A model generated the notes under the pieces. The model made no database searches and was not told the origin of the DNA. It was given only the letters and a program-made list of their open reading frames with translations. Shown in pieces: positions 63,441-64,000 of a stretch of 64,000 nt of DNA. The translations under genes were made by a program, and so were the position numbers. This DNA comes from Sphyrna mokarran (lineage: Eukaryota), in assembly GCA_024679065.1 (NCBI GenBank), contig JAGIQG010000001.1, forward strand, positions 48,918,001-48,982,000, read 5' to 3'. Positions within the stretch are counted from its first letter, which is position 1; every line of letters starts with the position of its first letter.

Positions 63441-64000
63441 ACTTCAGTATGACCACAAATAGAAGGGGCAATTCCATGATCCAGTACTTCCTTTGGAGAG
63501 CCACACTTGTGGGAGTTTCAACTTGAGAGGTGCAATAGTGTAATAATAAGCAGAAAATGCTGGAAATGCTTAGCAGATCAAACAGAGTCTGCAGAGAGAA
63601 AAGAACAGAGTTAACAAACAGGAGTTTTCTGTGGGCTTCAGGAAGAAAGAAGGGTTCTGAGCCATATCTACCAGAATCAGAAGGGAAACAGGGATTTTAC
63701 AGGAGATAGCCTCCTACTTGACTGCCTCTATACTCTGCACTCTATTAATAATGCCAGATAGGCTGGCAACATTGGAGCCTATCACAGGGCTGGAAGATCT
63801 GTAGCTTTAGCAGTCCCACTGAGAGTTGGGTATTGCTGGTAGGAGACTGAGGATGCCTCATCCACAATGTGGAGGTATCCTCAGAGCAGCAAAAAATAAT
63901 GACTTAAGGTGGAAGTGATGGGGGGAAATGGTGATAGGCCCCTCAGATCGGAGAAGGCAAAGGGACACCCTTGATATATCCCACCCTCCTTCAGAGGATG

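Overview
Repeat-dense, CpG-depleted vertebrate intronic/intergenic DNA. The repeat families (HE1/V-SINE-type tRNA SINEs, CR1, Deu-domain SINEs, Neptune-like Penelope elements) point to a cartilaginous fish, probably a shark (inference). I found no credible host protein-coding exon. Every recognisable ORF is retroelement-derived: CR1 RT, Rex1/Babar RT, Vingi-like EN/RT, Penelope RT-thumb/GIY-YIG and Ty3/Gypsy gag-pol relics. The 590-aa ORF is an in-frame fusion of two nested CR1s. Main findings: (1) Short, palindromic Penelope-derived insertions with 13-15 bp TSDs carry hammerhead ribozyme motifs; the one at 13477-13518 is intact, and the element's second inverted arm starts at its predicted cleavage site. 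(2) A CR1 LINE carries a captured V-SINE in its 3' UTR, with a second truncated copy in the window. (3) One V-SINE subfamily shares its 3' hairpin with Rex1/Babar LINEs, including a compensatory base-pair change. (4) A TSD-flanked pre-tRNA-Ile-like retrocopy. (5) A TSD-flanked Vingi-like LINE. (6) An old ~0.6 kb local duplication. Repeat boundaries were read by eye and are approximate unless a TSD is quoted. Family names come from remembered motifs, not database searches.
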